Assembly (NCBI GenBank): GCA_038874595.1
Contig: JAVZCB010000001.1
Coordinates: 128,001 to 192,000 of the forward strand
Direction: 5' to 3'
Length of the DNA: 64,000 nt
Source: Candidatus Micrarchaeia archaeon
GTDB lineage: Archaea > Micrarchaeota > Micrarchaeia > CAILAH01
Below, in pieces: positions 9,436 to 18,486 of the stretch (the first letter of the stretch is position 1; every line of letters begins with the position of its first letter). The notes beneath the pieces are model-generated. The model had not been told where the DNA came from. It did not search any database and saw only the letters and a list, made by a program, of their open reading frames with translations. Position numbers and translations under genes: made by a program.

Positions 9436-10377
9436 CTATTTTTGTGAGATTGGTTCTCCTAATAATATTTCGCATCCTGCAGGCAGTGAGAGCTGTCCTG
9501 CACCAACCAGCTTTACATATCCTATAAGCGGTAACGTAAGCCATGAGCGCCCGAGCACCTGCGATGCGCTGGCGATCGAATTTGTCCGCCTTAAGTTCTT
9601 ATCATAGGCTTGCACATCAAACATCGGGTTATTATCCCCTTTTATTAGATAATAGCTTTCCCCATCTACATTTATTTTTACGATTGCCCTGTGTATTATA
9701 TCACCAATCTCTGAAAACAGGTCCTCTTTTTTAGGCCTGTATACGATTATATCCCCTGTACGGTCGACTGCACTGAAATAATGCCCTGCAATTGTGACCC
9801 CTTCGGTACACACAATCTCCCCTGGTTTCCCACTTACCTTTATGCTGCACAATGAGCATTTATATTGCAATACCTCCCCCTTTGCTTCCAGTCCTGTTTG
9901 TGGGTTTATTGTGCACGGCCTTACAGTTATGCCGTCATCTGAGCACTTGCCACATACATAATGCTCCTCACCGTTTTGTAGTATTTTATTGAACTGCTCT
10001 TTTGTTAATGATACTTCGTATGCTTTGATGGGTGCGTTCTGGAGCAGCACAACATCACCGCGCTGCAAAGTATTAAGCATACTGCAGGAGACAACGGCGT
10101 TAAAAGGTGAGGATGTCCCAAGCAGTATGGATGCTGCAAACAGGACAGAGAGTGCAACCGCGATTGCAATTACAATTTCCCTCAATTCGTGCATTATTCC
10201 TTTTTCTCTTGCGCTCTCGATGCTTTCTGCAACTACCCCCAGTATGAAAAATATCGCAGCGGTTATTGCAAAAATATCAATACGCACAATTACAAATATT
10301 ACTACAAAAGCTATCGCGAGAATATAGAACCATTTGTTCTTATTTATTTTTTTTATGGGTGCTAAGTCTTCTTCCAT
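9436..10377 (-). CDS. Signal peptidase I (S26B/Sec11-like) with Cys-rich insertion
   Basis: Three N-terminal TM segments; VVSCSM..TLQRGD (catalytic Ser), IIHR, KGDNN, LPLIGY. Confidence 0.85.
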   Translation of the reverse strand: MEEDLAPIKKINKNKWFYILAIAFVVIFVIVRIDIFAITAAIFFILGVVAESIESAREKGIMHELREIVIAIAVALSVLFAASILLGTSSPFNAVVSCSMLNTLQRGDVVLLQNAPIKAYEVSLTKEQFNKILQNGEEHYVCGKCSDDGITVRPCTINPQTGLEAKGEVLQYKCSLCSIKVSGKPGEIVCTEGVTIAGHYFSAVDRTGDIIVYRPKKEDLFSEIGDIIHRAIVKINVDGESYYLIKGDNNPMFDVQAYDKNLRRTNSIASASQVLGRSWLTLPLIGYVKLVGAGQLSLPAGCEILLGEPISQK

Positions 10378-10395
10378 TAAATAAACACCTATCAC

Positions 10396-10920
10396 CTATT
10401 CATATTTGATATTTGTTGCATTTTTGATGCATCTTGCAAATATGTCCGCAACGCGCACCGGCTCATAGCCTATCTTACGCACAAGCCCGACCGCCTCACT
10501 ATAAGTTATGCCCGAGTAAGAAATATAATACCTACCAATCTTGAAAATCTCCTTAAGAAGAGATAATTTGTGTGGAAATTTCCTGGCAAGCGTACTTTTC
10601 AGCGCAGTGCCACGAACTTTCCTGTCTGTGATGCATACAACACCGCAATTCAGCTCTTTACTAATTTTATCAATATCAACTACGTTAAGGCCGGCTAGCG
10701 TGATGCTATGCACAAAAACAACTTTGCCCTGGTTTCCATATTTCTTTTTGAGCAGCTTTATAATTTGGTCTGTGGAGTCATCCCCATCAACCGTGACGCG
10801 TGTAACCAGTGCATCTTCAACCTTTCCATATCGCATCACAATAGCAACAAGCACAGTTTCTCTGTCACCGCGTCTGAACGGTGCATCATCAATCCCAATT
10901 ATACGGATTCCCGTTTTCAT
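10396..10920 (-). CDS. DUF99 family (endonuclease V-like) protein
   Basis: RIIGIDDAPF, VDGDDSTD, ITLAGLNVVD, EPVRVA; position after rpoL. Confidence 0.88.
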   Translation of the reverse strand: MKTGIRIIGIDDAPFRRGDRETVLVAIVMRYGKVEDALVTRVTVDGDDSTDQIIKLLKKKYGNQGKVVFVHSITLAGLNVVDIDKISKELNCGVVCITDRKVRGTALKSTLARKFPHKLSLLKEIFKIGRYYISYSGITYSEAVGLVRKIGYEPVRVADIFARCIKNATNIKYE

Positions 10921-11183
10921 TTTGAGAATGCACTTTTAATATCCTCCAATGTGCCGATAGCCTCTTTTAATGCTTCCTTTAATAATTTCCGCGCTTCACC
11001 CTTTTTGGTTTTTAGCACAAGCAATGGCGGGTCCCTGCTTGGATGGCCTATCACATAAGTCACAAATTCCACATCCTTATTCTCGCTTAGTATATCTTTA
11101 AGAATAGCAGGTATGCTATATTCCTCCCCAATGAATTGTACTTCTATATGGTTTTTTTCATCAACAATAAAATTTACTTTCAC
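10917..11183 (-). CDS. rpoL: DNA-directed RNA polymerase subunit L (Rpo11)
   Basis: GEEYSIPAIL, VEFVTYVIGHP; adjacent to csl4. Confidence 0.9.
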   Translation of the reverse strand: MKVNFIVDEKNHIEVQFIGEEYSIPAILKDILSENKDVEFVTYVIGHPSRDPPLLVLKTKKGEARKLLKEALKEAIGTLEDIKSAFSK

Positions 11184-11749
11184 ACCATCACCTCAATATA
11201 CGAGGACGAAATTTTTCGTGTCTCCGTCCTGTTGCAGTTTGAGCAGAACAATTTATTATCCTTATTAAGCACCAGCGGCCTCCTGCAGTTTGAGCAGAAC
11301 GCTTTCATCACGCCAAGGTCCTTGCCTTTCATTATAACATCTATACCTCCGCGCTCAACCTTTGATACCTCAACTTTGACAATATCACCTACACGGACGG
11401 CCTCAGACATATTTTTTAAGAAGACACCAAAAGACTTGACACCTTCTATACGCATCATTGCAGAATCATTTGCCAGGTTTACCCTCTTGTCGTTACCATC
11501 CTTTTCATAGTCAAACAACGTCATCATCGCATGGGTTTCTCCAACACTATCAATTATTGCGTAAATTTTCTGCCCAACCTTGACGTTGACCGCGGTGGCA
11601 AAGCTGGGTTTTATACTTATTGTTCTTGTTTTTTCGTCAACCAGTTTATCCCCGCATAGAGATGCGCGCACCAGCTCATTCTCTATATAAGTGCCATCCC
11701 CAGCTGCAAACTCAATTTCTTCTCCAAGCACTTTGCCCGGTGTTTCCAT
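11180..11749 (-). CDS. csl4: Exosome complex component Csl4
   Basis: PG..LG.EIEFAAGDGTY, S1 domain, LGVMKAFCSNC...CSNC..ETRKISS zinc ribbon. Confidence 0.92.
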   Translation of the reverse strand: METPGKVLGEEIEFAAGDGTYIENELVRASLCGDKLVDEKTRTISIKPSFATAVNVKVGQKIYAIIDSVGETHAMMTLFDYEKDGNDKRVNLANDSAMMRIEGVKSFGVFLKNMSEAVRVGDIVKVEVSKVERGGIDVIMKGKDLGVMKAFCSNCRRPLVLNKDNKLFCSNCNRTETRKISSSYIEVMV

Positions 11750-11801
11750 AGCTAGTTTAAACGTTATTAGGTTTAAATACTTTCTAAAACAATTTTAGCT
11801 G

Positions 11802-13019
11802 ATGCCTCGCAAAACCCTTATATTATGTATTGACAGGGATGCTGACCTTAAAGAGAAAATAGGCGTTGTTGGCCCAGTTGTCGGGCGGGCGCGCAATATT
11901 GATGTGGCCAACCGCCTCCTCCTGGCTGACCCCGAGGAAGTTGACGGTAATACAATATTTGAAGCAGTAAAGCTGTTTGATTCAATGAAAGCAAACGGTG
12001 AGGATGTAGAAGTGGCAACACTTACAGGTGACCCATCACGGGGTTATGTGGCAGACAGGGAGATTGCAGAACAACTTGATAAGGTGTTAACTGAGTTTCC
12101 TGCGGAGGCTTGTATTTTTGTCAGTGATGGCGCAGATGATGAGCAGATACTTCCAATCATAAATTCCAGGATGAAAGTTGACAGTTTACGGCAGGTTTCT
12201 ATGAAGCAGTCAAAAGAACTTGAGAGGACATATTTTCTTATCTTAGACAAGTTGAAAGAGCCGTACTTTGCAAGAATGTTTATCGGCTTGCCAGCACTTA
12301 TACTTCTAGCACTTGTTGCAAGCTATTCACTCGGGTTTGAATGGAAGCCTGTTGCCGCACTTGTTGGTATTTACCTGCTTGCGAAGGGGTTTGGCATAGA
12401 AGATAGGATAATCTACATGCTTTCCCATTTCAAGGTTAGTGCTGAGGAGGTCAGTACTATTGCCTATGTAATAGCAATGCCTTTGTTTGTGCTTGCACTA
12501 TGGCTATCCGCGGATGATTACATAAAGACGGCTGCATCTATGGATAATCTCAAGGCGATAGGTCACAGTGTGCGCTCACTTGTCATTTTTATTGTGCCAC
12601 CAATGGTACTCATATATCTTGGAAAGCTTTATGATAATATCAGGGATGGTAACAGTCTTGGAACTTTACGTATGATGTTTTATGTTATTATGACAGGCAT
12701 TACGTTGTATCTGGTATGGGTCTTTGCAGGATGGGTGATTGCCGAAGTGTATTTCAGTGAATTTGTTAATGCGCTCATTGCAAGCATCATACTTGGAGCT
12801 ATTACGATGGAAACAGTACAATATCTAAAGAGAGACACTATAAAGGGTGTTGACCTGCTCGGCAAGGAGGTCTATTCATCATCCGGCAATTATCTTGGCA
12901 GGGTTGTATCTGTAAGTGATGAGGATAAGGATTTTGTATATATTAATCCCTGGAAGAAAAAGCAGGTATGTGATTATGATAAGATAAAGGATATTGATAC
13001 TAGGATTAATCTTATTTGA
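11802..13019 (+). CDS. DUF373 family membrane protein with C-terminal PRC-barrel-like domain
   Basis: LILCIDRDADL, DPEEVDGNT, VSDGADDE, KQSKELERTY, several TM helices, GKEVYSSSGNYLGRV. Confidence 0.85.
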   Translation: MPRKTLILCIDRDADLKEKIGVVGPVVGRARNIDVANRLLLADPEEVDGNTIFEAVKLFDSMKANGEDVEVATLTGDPSRGYVADREIAEQLDKVLTEFPAEACIFVSDGADDEQILPIINSRMKVDSLRQVSMKQSKELERTYFLILDKLKEPYFARMFIGLPALILLALVASYSLGFEWKPVAALVGIYLLAKGFGIEDRIIYMLSHFKVSAEEVSTIAYVIAMPLFVLALWLSADDYIKTAASMDNLKAIGHSVRSLVIFIVPPMVLIYLGKLYDNIRDGNSLGTLRMMFYVIMTGITLYLVWVFAGWVIAEVYFSEFVNALIASIILGAITMETVQYLKRDTIKGVDLLGKEVYSSSGNYLGRVVSVSDEDKDFVYINPWKKKQVCDYDKIKDIDTRINLI

Positions 13020-13031
13020 AAATAGAAGAAG

Positions 13032-13496
13032 GTGGATATATCAATGATACCTGAATCGCAATATATTGAATCGACGATTGTGGTCCGTGATATGCGTATG
13101 CCGCAAGAGGTAACGCTGACCAAAGCGTCTTTGATAAGATGGTTAGCCCTTGCGCTGGGCTTGATTAATCCCAACGAGTCACGCAAATCCTTAATAGATC
13201 TTGTTGAGGTTCTTCTCAATCACCAGCTTAGAACAAGGCAAGGTATGTCTGTTGATGATATTATGTCTGCGCTCAAATCTGCAGGGAAGGTGTGCAGTGA
13301 GAAAACTGTTAGGTATCACCTGCTGAGGATGGAGAGACGCGGTGTGGTGCGCAGGAAGAATAAGGAATATTCATTTATCATATCAGACCTGGATGATGCA
13401 GGCATTGAGTCAATAGCAGATTCTTATGATTTGAGATATAAAAGTGCAATGGATAAGATAAGGATTGCACTTTCCAAGCTTAAAGGGATGTACTGA
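13032..13496 (+). CDS. Winged-helix DNA-binding protein
   Basis: SEKTVRYHLLRMERRGVVRR wHTH signature. Confidence 0.7.
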   Translation: MDISMIPESQYIESTIVVRDMRMPQEVTLTKASLIRWLALALGLINPNESRKSLIDLVEVLLNHQLRTRQGMSVDDIMSALKSAGKVCSEKTVRYHLLRMERRGVVRRKNKEYSFIISDLDDAGIESIADSYDLRYKSAMDKIRIALSKLKGMY

Positions 13497-14428
13497 TGAC
13501 CCGTGTTTTTGTAACTGGTGGTACCGGAAGGCTTGGTGCATATACTGTTCAGCTACTTCTCAGGAATGGGTATGAAGTTGTTGCATTGAGCCGGGATAAG
13601 GAAGTTCCAGGATGCATTACAGTGAAAGGAAGCATGTTTGATTTTGATTATTCAAAGATTAAAGGGTGCACTCATGCAATCCATCTTGCAGGCACAACCG
13701 ATATGTCTTTGCCTCCTCAAACAATCTATTCGCTTAATGTTGAAGGGACAAAAAGCATTGTTGAGCGCTGCTCGCAAGCAGGCATTCCACATTTCATATT
13801 TATAAGCTCAATCTCGGTTTATGGAAAGCTGGACAATAAGAATATAACCGAGCGCACGCCACTGCACCCTGATACGCCATATGCAAAGAGCAAGTTCCAA
13901 GGTGAGATGGTCGTTCATGGATATTCTGGTGATGTATGCATCTTGCGCCCTTCTATAATATACGGCCGCGGGTTTGATACCGGGTTTAGGACAGCTTATG
14001 ATATGATAACTTCTGGCAGAATGCTTCTGGTTGGGGATGGTAACAACCACGTTCCTCTGGTTCATGCGAGGGATGTGGCAAATGCAATCCTGCTAGCAGT
14101 TGCAAGTGATGCACGTGGGATATACAATGTAAATGATGAGCGTGAGCTGACACAGAAACAGCTTGTTGATTATGTTGCTAAGCTTACTAACTCTTCAAGC
14201 GTGCGTACCAGTGTACCTAGGTTTGCGGTGGGACCGCTTCTTGCAATTTATAATGTCTTGCGCTCGCTAAAAGCCAAACCACCAATTCCTTCTGAATTTA
14301 TTGATATGCTTGCTACGGACAGGGTCATAAAAACAGGGAAAATACAGGAAGAGCTTGGGTTTAATAATTCGTGCACAGTTGAGGAGGGTGTAAGAGAGTT
14401 TGTTGAATACCTCTCAACTAAACAATAA
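13496..14428 (+). CDS. NAD-dependent epimerase/dehydratase
   Basis: VTGGTGRLG, HLAG, SSISVYG, YAKSK, LRPSIIYG, VHARDVA. Confidence 0.92.
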   Translation: MTRVFVTGGTGRLGAYTVQLLLRNGYEVVALSRDKEVPGCITVKGSMFDFDYSKIKGCTHAIHLAGTTDMSLPPQTIYSLNVEGTKSIVERCSQAGIPHFIFISSISVYGKLDNKNITERTPLHPDTPYAKSKFQGEMVVHGYSGDVCILRPSIIYGRGFDTGFRTAYDMITSGRMLLVGDGNNHVPLVHARDVANAILLAVASDARGIYNVNDERELTQKQLVDYVAKLTNSSSVRTSVPRFAVGPLLAIYNVLRSLKAKPPIPSEFIDMLATDRVIKTGKIQEELGFNNSCTVEEGVREFVEYLSTKQ

Positions 14429-14430
14429 AA

Positions 14431-15381
14431 TCATAAGTCCCTAGCTGCTTTTTTGAGTGTTGACCAAAACTCTTTTTCTGCCTCTTTCCATTCATTTTCA
14501 ATATCTGGGCGGAGTTTTGTGCGTGACAGTATTGTGTTGTGGAACAGTTCAAGCCCGCCAATTCTTCTTTCTAGGCCGAACGTTCCTGAAACCGAAGTTG
14601 CACGCGGAATTATATGTATTTTAAACATGTCCTTATCATATTCCGAAATCATCCAGTTTACCCCAATCCCTGAGGTTACCCGGGTATTAAGAAGGAACTC
14701 TATGTTGTTTAGATTGTCTGTAGAAATACCATATAACCAGGCAACCCTTTCAAGATTATGATAGCCATACCCATACTGCACAACTTGCTCGTACATTCTG
14801 CTTTGCACTAAACGGAAGAAGCCATCAAACAGCTGTGGGATAATGCTTCTAATATAATCGTACAAATCATTCCTGTGAATCTTACGCGTAACCGCAGTAT
14901 CATACCCGTTGCAGAGTGTCAAATGCCCGCTTTCAACAAGAATAGGCACCGATAACGGGTCAGCTATCAGGTTTTCAGCAGATTTAAGCTCAAGATATTT
15001 TGACTCTTCCACCTTTGAACAAAGAAGATGGATGTGTAAGTGCCGTATCGTTTGCCCGGCAACAATCCCAAAATTGCCAAGTGCGGTTGCACCGGGGAAG
15101 TGTTGTAGTATTTTGCCGATAGCTGTGAACATACTATCAAACTGGTTCTTTGATATATTATGGAGTGTAAGCAGATGCTCTTTTGGTGTGATAATACAAT
15201 GTTGTGGTATATAGGGATACTTTGCCTTAAGTATCCTCCAGTTTGAGCTGCTTTCAACCAAAGGTTCCTCAGCAAGCGTACAAAATCTGCAATTTGATAT
15301 ACCCTTGGTCTTCATCTCTCTTGATGTGAATGAAGGTGTTTTTTCGTCCCATCTAGGTGCCTTGATTTCATAGACGACCAT
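14431..15381 (-). CDS. HIT-family nucleotide hydrolase/transferase with extended C-terminal region
   Basis: CRFC, KYPYIPQH, AGQTIRHLHIHLL histidine triad; degenerate second motif FKIHIIPR. Confidence 0.8.
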   Translation of the reverse strand: MVVYEIKAPRWDEKTPSFTSREMKTKGISNCRFCTLAEEPLVESSSNWRILKAKYPYIPQHCIITPKEHLLTLHNISKNQFDSMFTAIGKILQHFPGATALGNFGIVAGQTIRHLHIHLLCSKVEESKYLELKSAENLIADPLSVPILVESGHLTLCNGYDTAVTRKIHRNDLYDYIRSIIPQLFDGFFRLVQSRMYEQVVQYGYGYHNLERVAWLYGISTDNLNNIEFLLNTRVTSGIGVNWMISEYDKDMFKIHIIPRATSVSGTFGLERRIGGLELFHNTILSRTKLRPDIENEWKEAEKEFWSTLKKAARDL

Positions 15382-15491
15382 ACAGCGATATTATGAAAAA
15401 TTATGGATTAAAAACATTTTGGTTTTTTGTGAAGCAAAAATGCGGGCGGCTGCGCCAAATAAAGCAGAATGGCCAAAAATAAAATGGGTAA

Positions 15492-15950
15492 TGGACCTGC
15501 GCGGAATTGAACCGCGGATCTCTCGCGAAAGGGGGCATGTTTTCTTCAGCATTTTTGGCTGAAGATAAATTACCTTTCCCCACCAATCCCATATTTTAAT
15601 GGAGTTGGGTCTTATGGGGCGTCTTTGGGCTTGCCAATGACGCGTCATTTTCCCGAAGGGAAAATGCACGGAGGGGGACACCTCCCCCTCACATTCCCAA
15701 TACCTCAAAACCTCCTTAGAGGGGGAGTTGGGTCTTATGGGAGAGGGGGACACCTCCCCCTCACATTCCCAATACCTCAAAACCTCCTTAGAAGGGGAGT
15801 TGGGTCTTATGGGAGAGGGGGACACCTCCCCCTCACATTCCCAATACCTCAAAACCTCCTTAGAAGGGGAGTTGGGTCTTATGGGAGAGGGGGACACCTC
15901 CCCCTCACCCATATGTGAGGCGAGCGTCTTAACCACTCGACTACAGGTCC
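15492..15950 (-). tRNA. tRNA-Val(CAC) interrupted at 37/38 by a 386-nt insert (15528-15913)
   Basis: 5' exon GGACCTGTAGTCGAGTGGTTAAGACGCTCGCCTCACA (15914-15950) and 3' exon CGCGAGAGATCCGCGGTTCAATTCCGCGCAGGTCCA (15492-15527) form a cloverleaf with fully paired acceptor, anticodon and T stems. Confidence 0.88.
15671..15908. repeat. 72-bp tandem repeat, 3 full copies + 22-bp partial, inside the tRNA-Val insert
   Basis: Unit gagggggacacctccccctcacattcccaatacctcaaaacctccttaga(g/a)ggggagttgggtcttatggga starts at 15671, 15743 and 15815; partial at 15887; further fragment at 15601-15618. Confidence 0.97.
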
Positions 15951-15956
15951 ATTTGT

Positions 15957-16787
15957 ATGGTTTTAAGGCGGCTTAATATTAAAATAATTCGCCGTTTCAG
16001 CATACCTGTGGCCACCTCAATAAGGATTAACAGCCTTCGCATAAGCAGAGATGAATTTGAAGGTATAATGTCAAAGTATGGGATAACTCCAGTTTCATGG
16101 TATAGTGGGGCGTACACTTCAGATTACGAAAATTTGAGTAAGACACTTGAGTACCAGCTTGGTTATTTTTATATCCAGTCACTTTCTTCAATGGTCCCAC
16201 CACTCGTGCTTGACCCAAAACCTGGTGATGTCGTTCTTGACGTTGCAGCTGCCCCGGGCAGCAAATCAACGCAGTGCGCAATGCAAATGAACGATAAGGG
16301 AGTGGTTATTGCAAATGACGTGTCATATATGCGTTTGAAAAGCCTTGCAAGTCATATAAACCGGTTAGGGATAACTTGCATTGCAATGACCAATTTTGAT
16401 GGCCGGAGGTTTCCTAAATTAGCATCGTTCAACAAAGTGCTATTAGATGCGCCGTGCAGTTCGATGGGCTCGCGCAGGTGCACAATCCAGCATTCAGATG
16501 GCAGGATAAAAAGCCTTGCGCATTTGCAGAAATCTCTGCTTTTGCGGGCATTTGACTTGCTTTCGCCTGAGGGCACACTTGTCTATTCAACATGCACAAC
16601 TACCATTGAAGAGAATGAGGGGGTTATTAATGCTCTCCTCGAAAAGAGGGATGATGTAGTTCTTGAAACACCCGTGCTGCCTTTCAGGCACGAAAAAGGC
16701 ATTTCAGGCAATTCCGTAATAGATGAGAAGGTATGCAGGTTTACGCTTGATGAATCCTTTTTCATTGCAAAGCTGCGGAAGAGATGA
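15957..16787 (+). CDS. RsmB/NOP2-family RNA m5C methyltransferase (true start probably downstream of 15957)
   Basis: YIQSLSSM, VLDVAAAPGSKS, VLLDAPCS, LVYSTCT, EENE. Confidence 0.92.
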   Translation: MVLRRLNIKIIRRFSIPVATSIRINSLRISRDEFEGIMSKYGITPVSWYSGAYTSDYENLSKTLEYQLGYFYIQSLSSMVPPLVLDPKPGDVVLDVAAAPGSKSTQCAMQMNDKGVVIANDVSYMRLKSLASHINRLGITCIAMTNFDGRRFPKLASFNKVLLDAPCSSMGSRRCTIQHSDGRIKSLAHLQKSLLLRAFDLLSPEGTLVYSTCTTTIEENEGVINALLEKRDDVVLETPVLPFRHEKGISGNSVIDEKVCRFTLDESFFIAKLRKR

Positions 16788-17212
16788 TTATGGGCTCAAA
16801 ATTCTCTGAATACATTAAATCGAGGTTCGGCATCATACTTAGCGATGAATTTGTAATAGAGGAGAGGACGAGCAAGGTTTACGTATATTCAAAATCTCTT
16901 GATCAATTAAGGTTAAGAAACATACACAGAAAAGGCATTCTTGCTGGCAAGCTCGATTCAATATACGGTGTCAAGCCATCACTGGATTTCGTGCTTGTGT
17001 TTGGGCATCTTGCACAGAAGAACAATATTACAATATCCGATGATGATGTGGTAAGGTTGTTTTCAGGTGAGAATATCGTGCTCAACTGCCAGCCACAAAA
17101 CTGCACAGATGGCCTTGTAATTCTCACATGCAGGAGAGGTATGGGTGTTGGTATTGCTTATAACAGGGGCGGTGTGCTGCAATCCCTTATCCCGAAAGAC
17201 CGCCGGATATGA
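16784..17212 (+). CDS. NIP7/PUA-like partner of NOL1/NOP2 methyltransferase
   Basis: Overlaps the methyltransferase stop; GILAG, KPSLDF, LIPKDRRI C-terminus typical of this pair. Confidence 0.6.
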   Translation: MIMGSKFSEYIKSRFGIILSDEFVIEERTSKVYVYSKSLDQLRLRNIHRKGILAGKLDSIYGVKPSLDFVLVFGHLAQKNNITISDDDVVRLFSGENIVLNCQPQNCTDGLVILTCRRGMGVGIAYNRGGVLQSLIPKDRRI

Positions 17213-17274
17213 CATAGGAGCATTTTTAATATTGCCTTATCATAGAATTAACAGTTGCAATTAAAGGTGTAACT

Positions 17275-18051
17275 ATGCGCATTGGAAAAGTTGAGCAATA
17301 CCTGCTGGACAAGATAGAGGCAAAGAAGGCTATACTGTCAATTGTGATAGACCCTGTTGATTACCCATCACCTGATGCTGCAATAAAAACAGGCATATCC
17401 GCAGCTGAGGCTGGTGCCGACATAATTGCAATTGGCGGCTCGATAGGTGCACAGGGCGAGCTGTTAGATAACGTTACAAAAGAGATAAAGAGCCACATTT
17501 CAGTTCCAGTAATCTTGTTCCCGGGCAATGTTGGGACAATAACAAGGTATGCAGATGCAATCTATTTCCTTACACTTATTAACTCACGCAACCCGTATTG
17601 GCTCGGCCAGGCGCAGATGTTAGGTGCACCGTTGCTCAGGCAGTTTAACATAGAATCTATCCCGACAGCATATATTGTGGTTGAGCCGGGCGGCACGGTC
17701 GGTTGGGTAGGCGATGCAAAGCTTATCCCGAGAAACAAGCCTAAGATTGCAGCTGCACTTGCAATGACAGGTGAGCTTGCCGGTAATCATATGGTATTTA
17801 CCGATGCAGGGTCGGCAAGCGAGATGGGCCCGATACCGATAGAGATGGTTAGGTATGTGCGCAAAGCAACCACACTGCCGTATATGGTCGCTGGTGGGAT
17901 AAGAAAGTTTGAGGAAGCGCGTGAAATAATCAGGGCAGGTGCAGATATGGTACAGATAGGGACCGCAGTTGAGAATGCAAGCGATATTAAGTACAGGGTT
18001 GAGACGTTCAAGAAGGCGGTAGATGATGCAATCAAGAGCAGGGTTGTGTAG
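17275..18051 (+). CDS. Geranylgeranylglyceryl phosphate synthase
   Basis: IDP, DIIAIGGS, PVILFPG, LINSRNPYW, TAYIVVEPGG, DAGS, AGGIR, GAD..QIGT. Confidence 0.93.
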   Translation: MRIGKVEQYLLDKIEAKKAILSIVIDPVDYPSPDAAIKTGISAAEAGADIIAIGGSIGAQGELLDNVTKEIKSHISVPVILFPGNVGTITRYADAIYFLTLINSRNPYWLGQAQMLGAPLLRQFNIESIPTAYIVVEPGGTVGWVGDAKLIPRNKPKIAAALAMTGELAGNHMVFTDAGSASEMGPIPIEMVRYVRKATTLPYMVAGGIRKFEEAREIIRAGADMVQIGTAVENASDIKYRVETFKKAVDDAIKSRVV

Positions 18052-18053
18052 GC

Positions 18054-18455
18054 ATGTATGAATTTTCAATTACAACCTCCAGTAAGATAGGAATAGTGGA
18101 CATAACAGAAGAGGTTATGCGCGCCGTTACAGGGGCAAAAGTTGATGAAGGTATATGTGTGGTTTACGTACCGCATGCAACCGCTGGTGTAATCATTAAT
18201 GAGTACGAGCCTAATCTTAAGCAGGATCTTCTGGATATGCTTCAAAGCATTATCCGGGAAGACTCGAAATACAAGCACAACACGATTGATGATAATGCAT
18301 CCGCACACCTGCGAAGCGCGCTTACTGGTTCATCCGTTGTTTTGCCAATTTCAGGGCATAAGCTTATGCTCGGTACTTGGCAGAGGATACTACTTTGCGA
18401 ATTTGACGGTCCGCGACGAAGAACAGTTTATGTCAGTGTAATTAAGTCAAGTTAA
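18054..18455 (+). CDS. YjbQ/UPF0047 family protein
   Basis: PHATAGVIINE, HNTIDDNASAH, LGTWQRILLCEFDGPRRR. Confidence 0.93.
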   Translation: MYEFSITTSSKIGIVDITEEVMRAVTGAKVDEGICVVYVPHATAGVIINEYEPNLKQDLLDMLQSIIREDSKYKHNTIDDNASAHLRSALTGSSVVLPISGHKLMLGTWQRILLCEFDGPRRRTVYVSVIKSS

Positions 18456-18486
18456 CATTATACAATACATAATTCTTGTTTTAGTA

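Noticed and set aside
15671-15908. CRISPR array
   Set aside because: Units are contiguous near-identical 72-mers with no unique spacers and lie between two tRNA exons
15391-15976. ORFs 15391-15936(-), 15625-15918(+), 15728-15976(+) as genes
   Set aside because: They overlap tRNA-Val exons or its insert and are explained by a stop-poor triplet-length repeat
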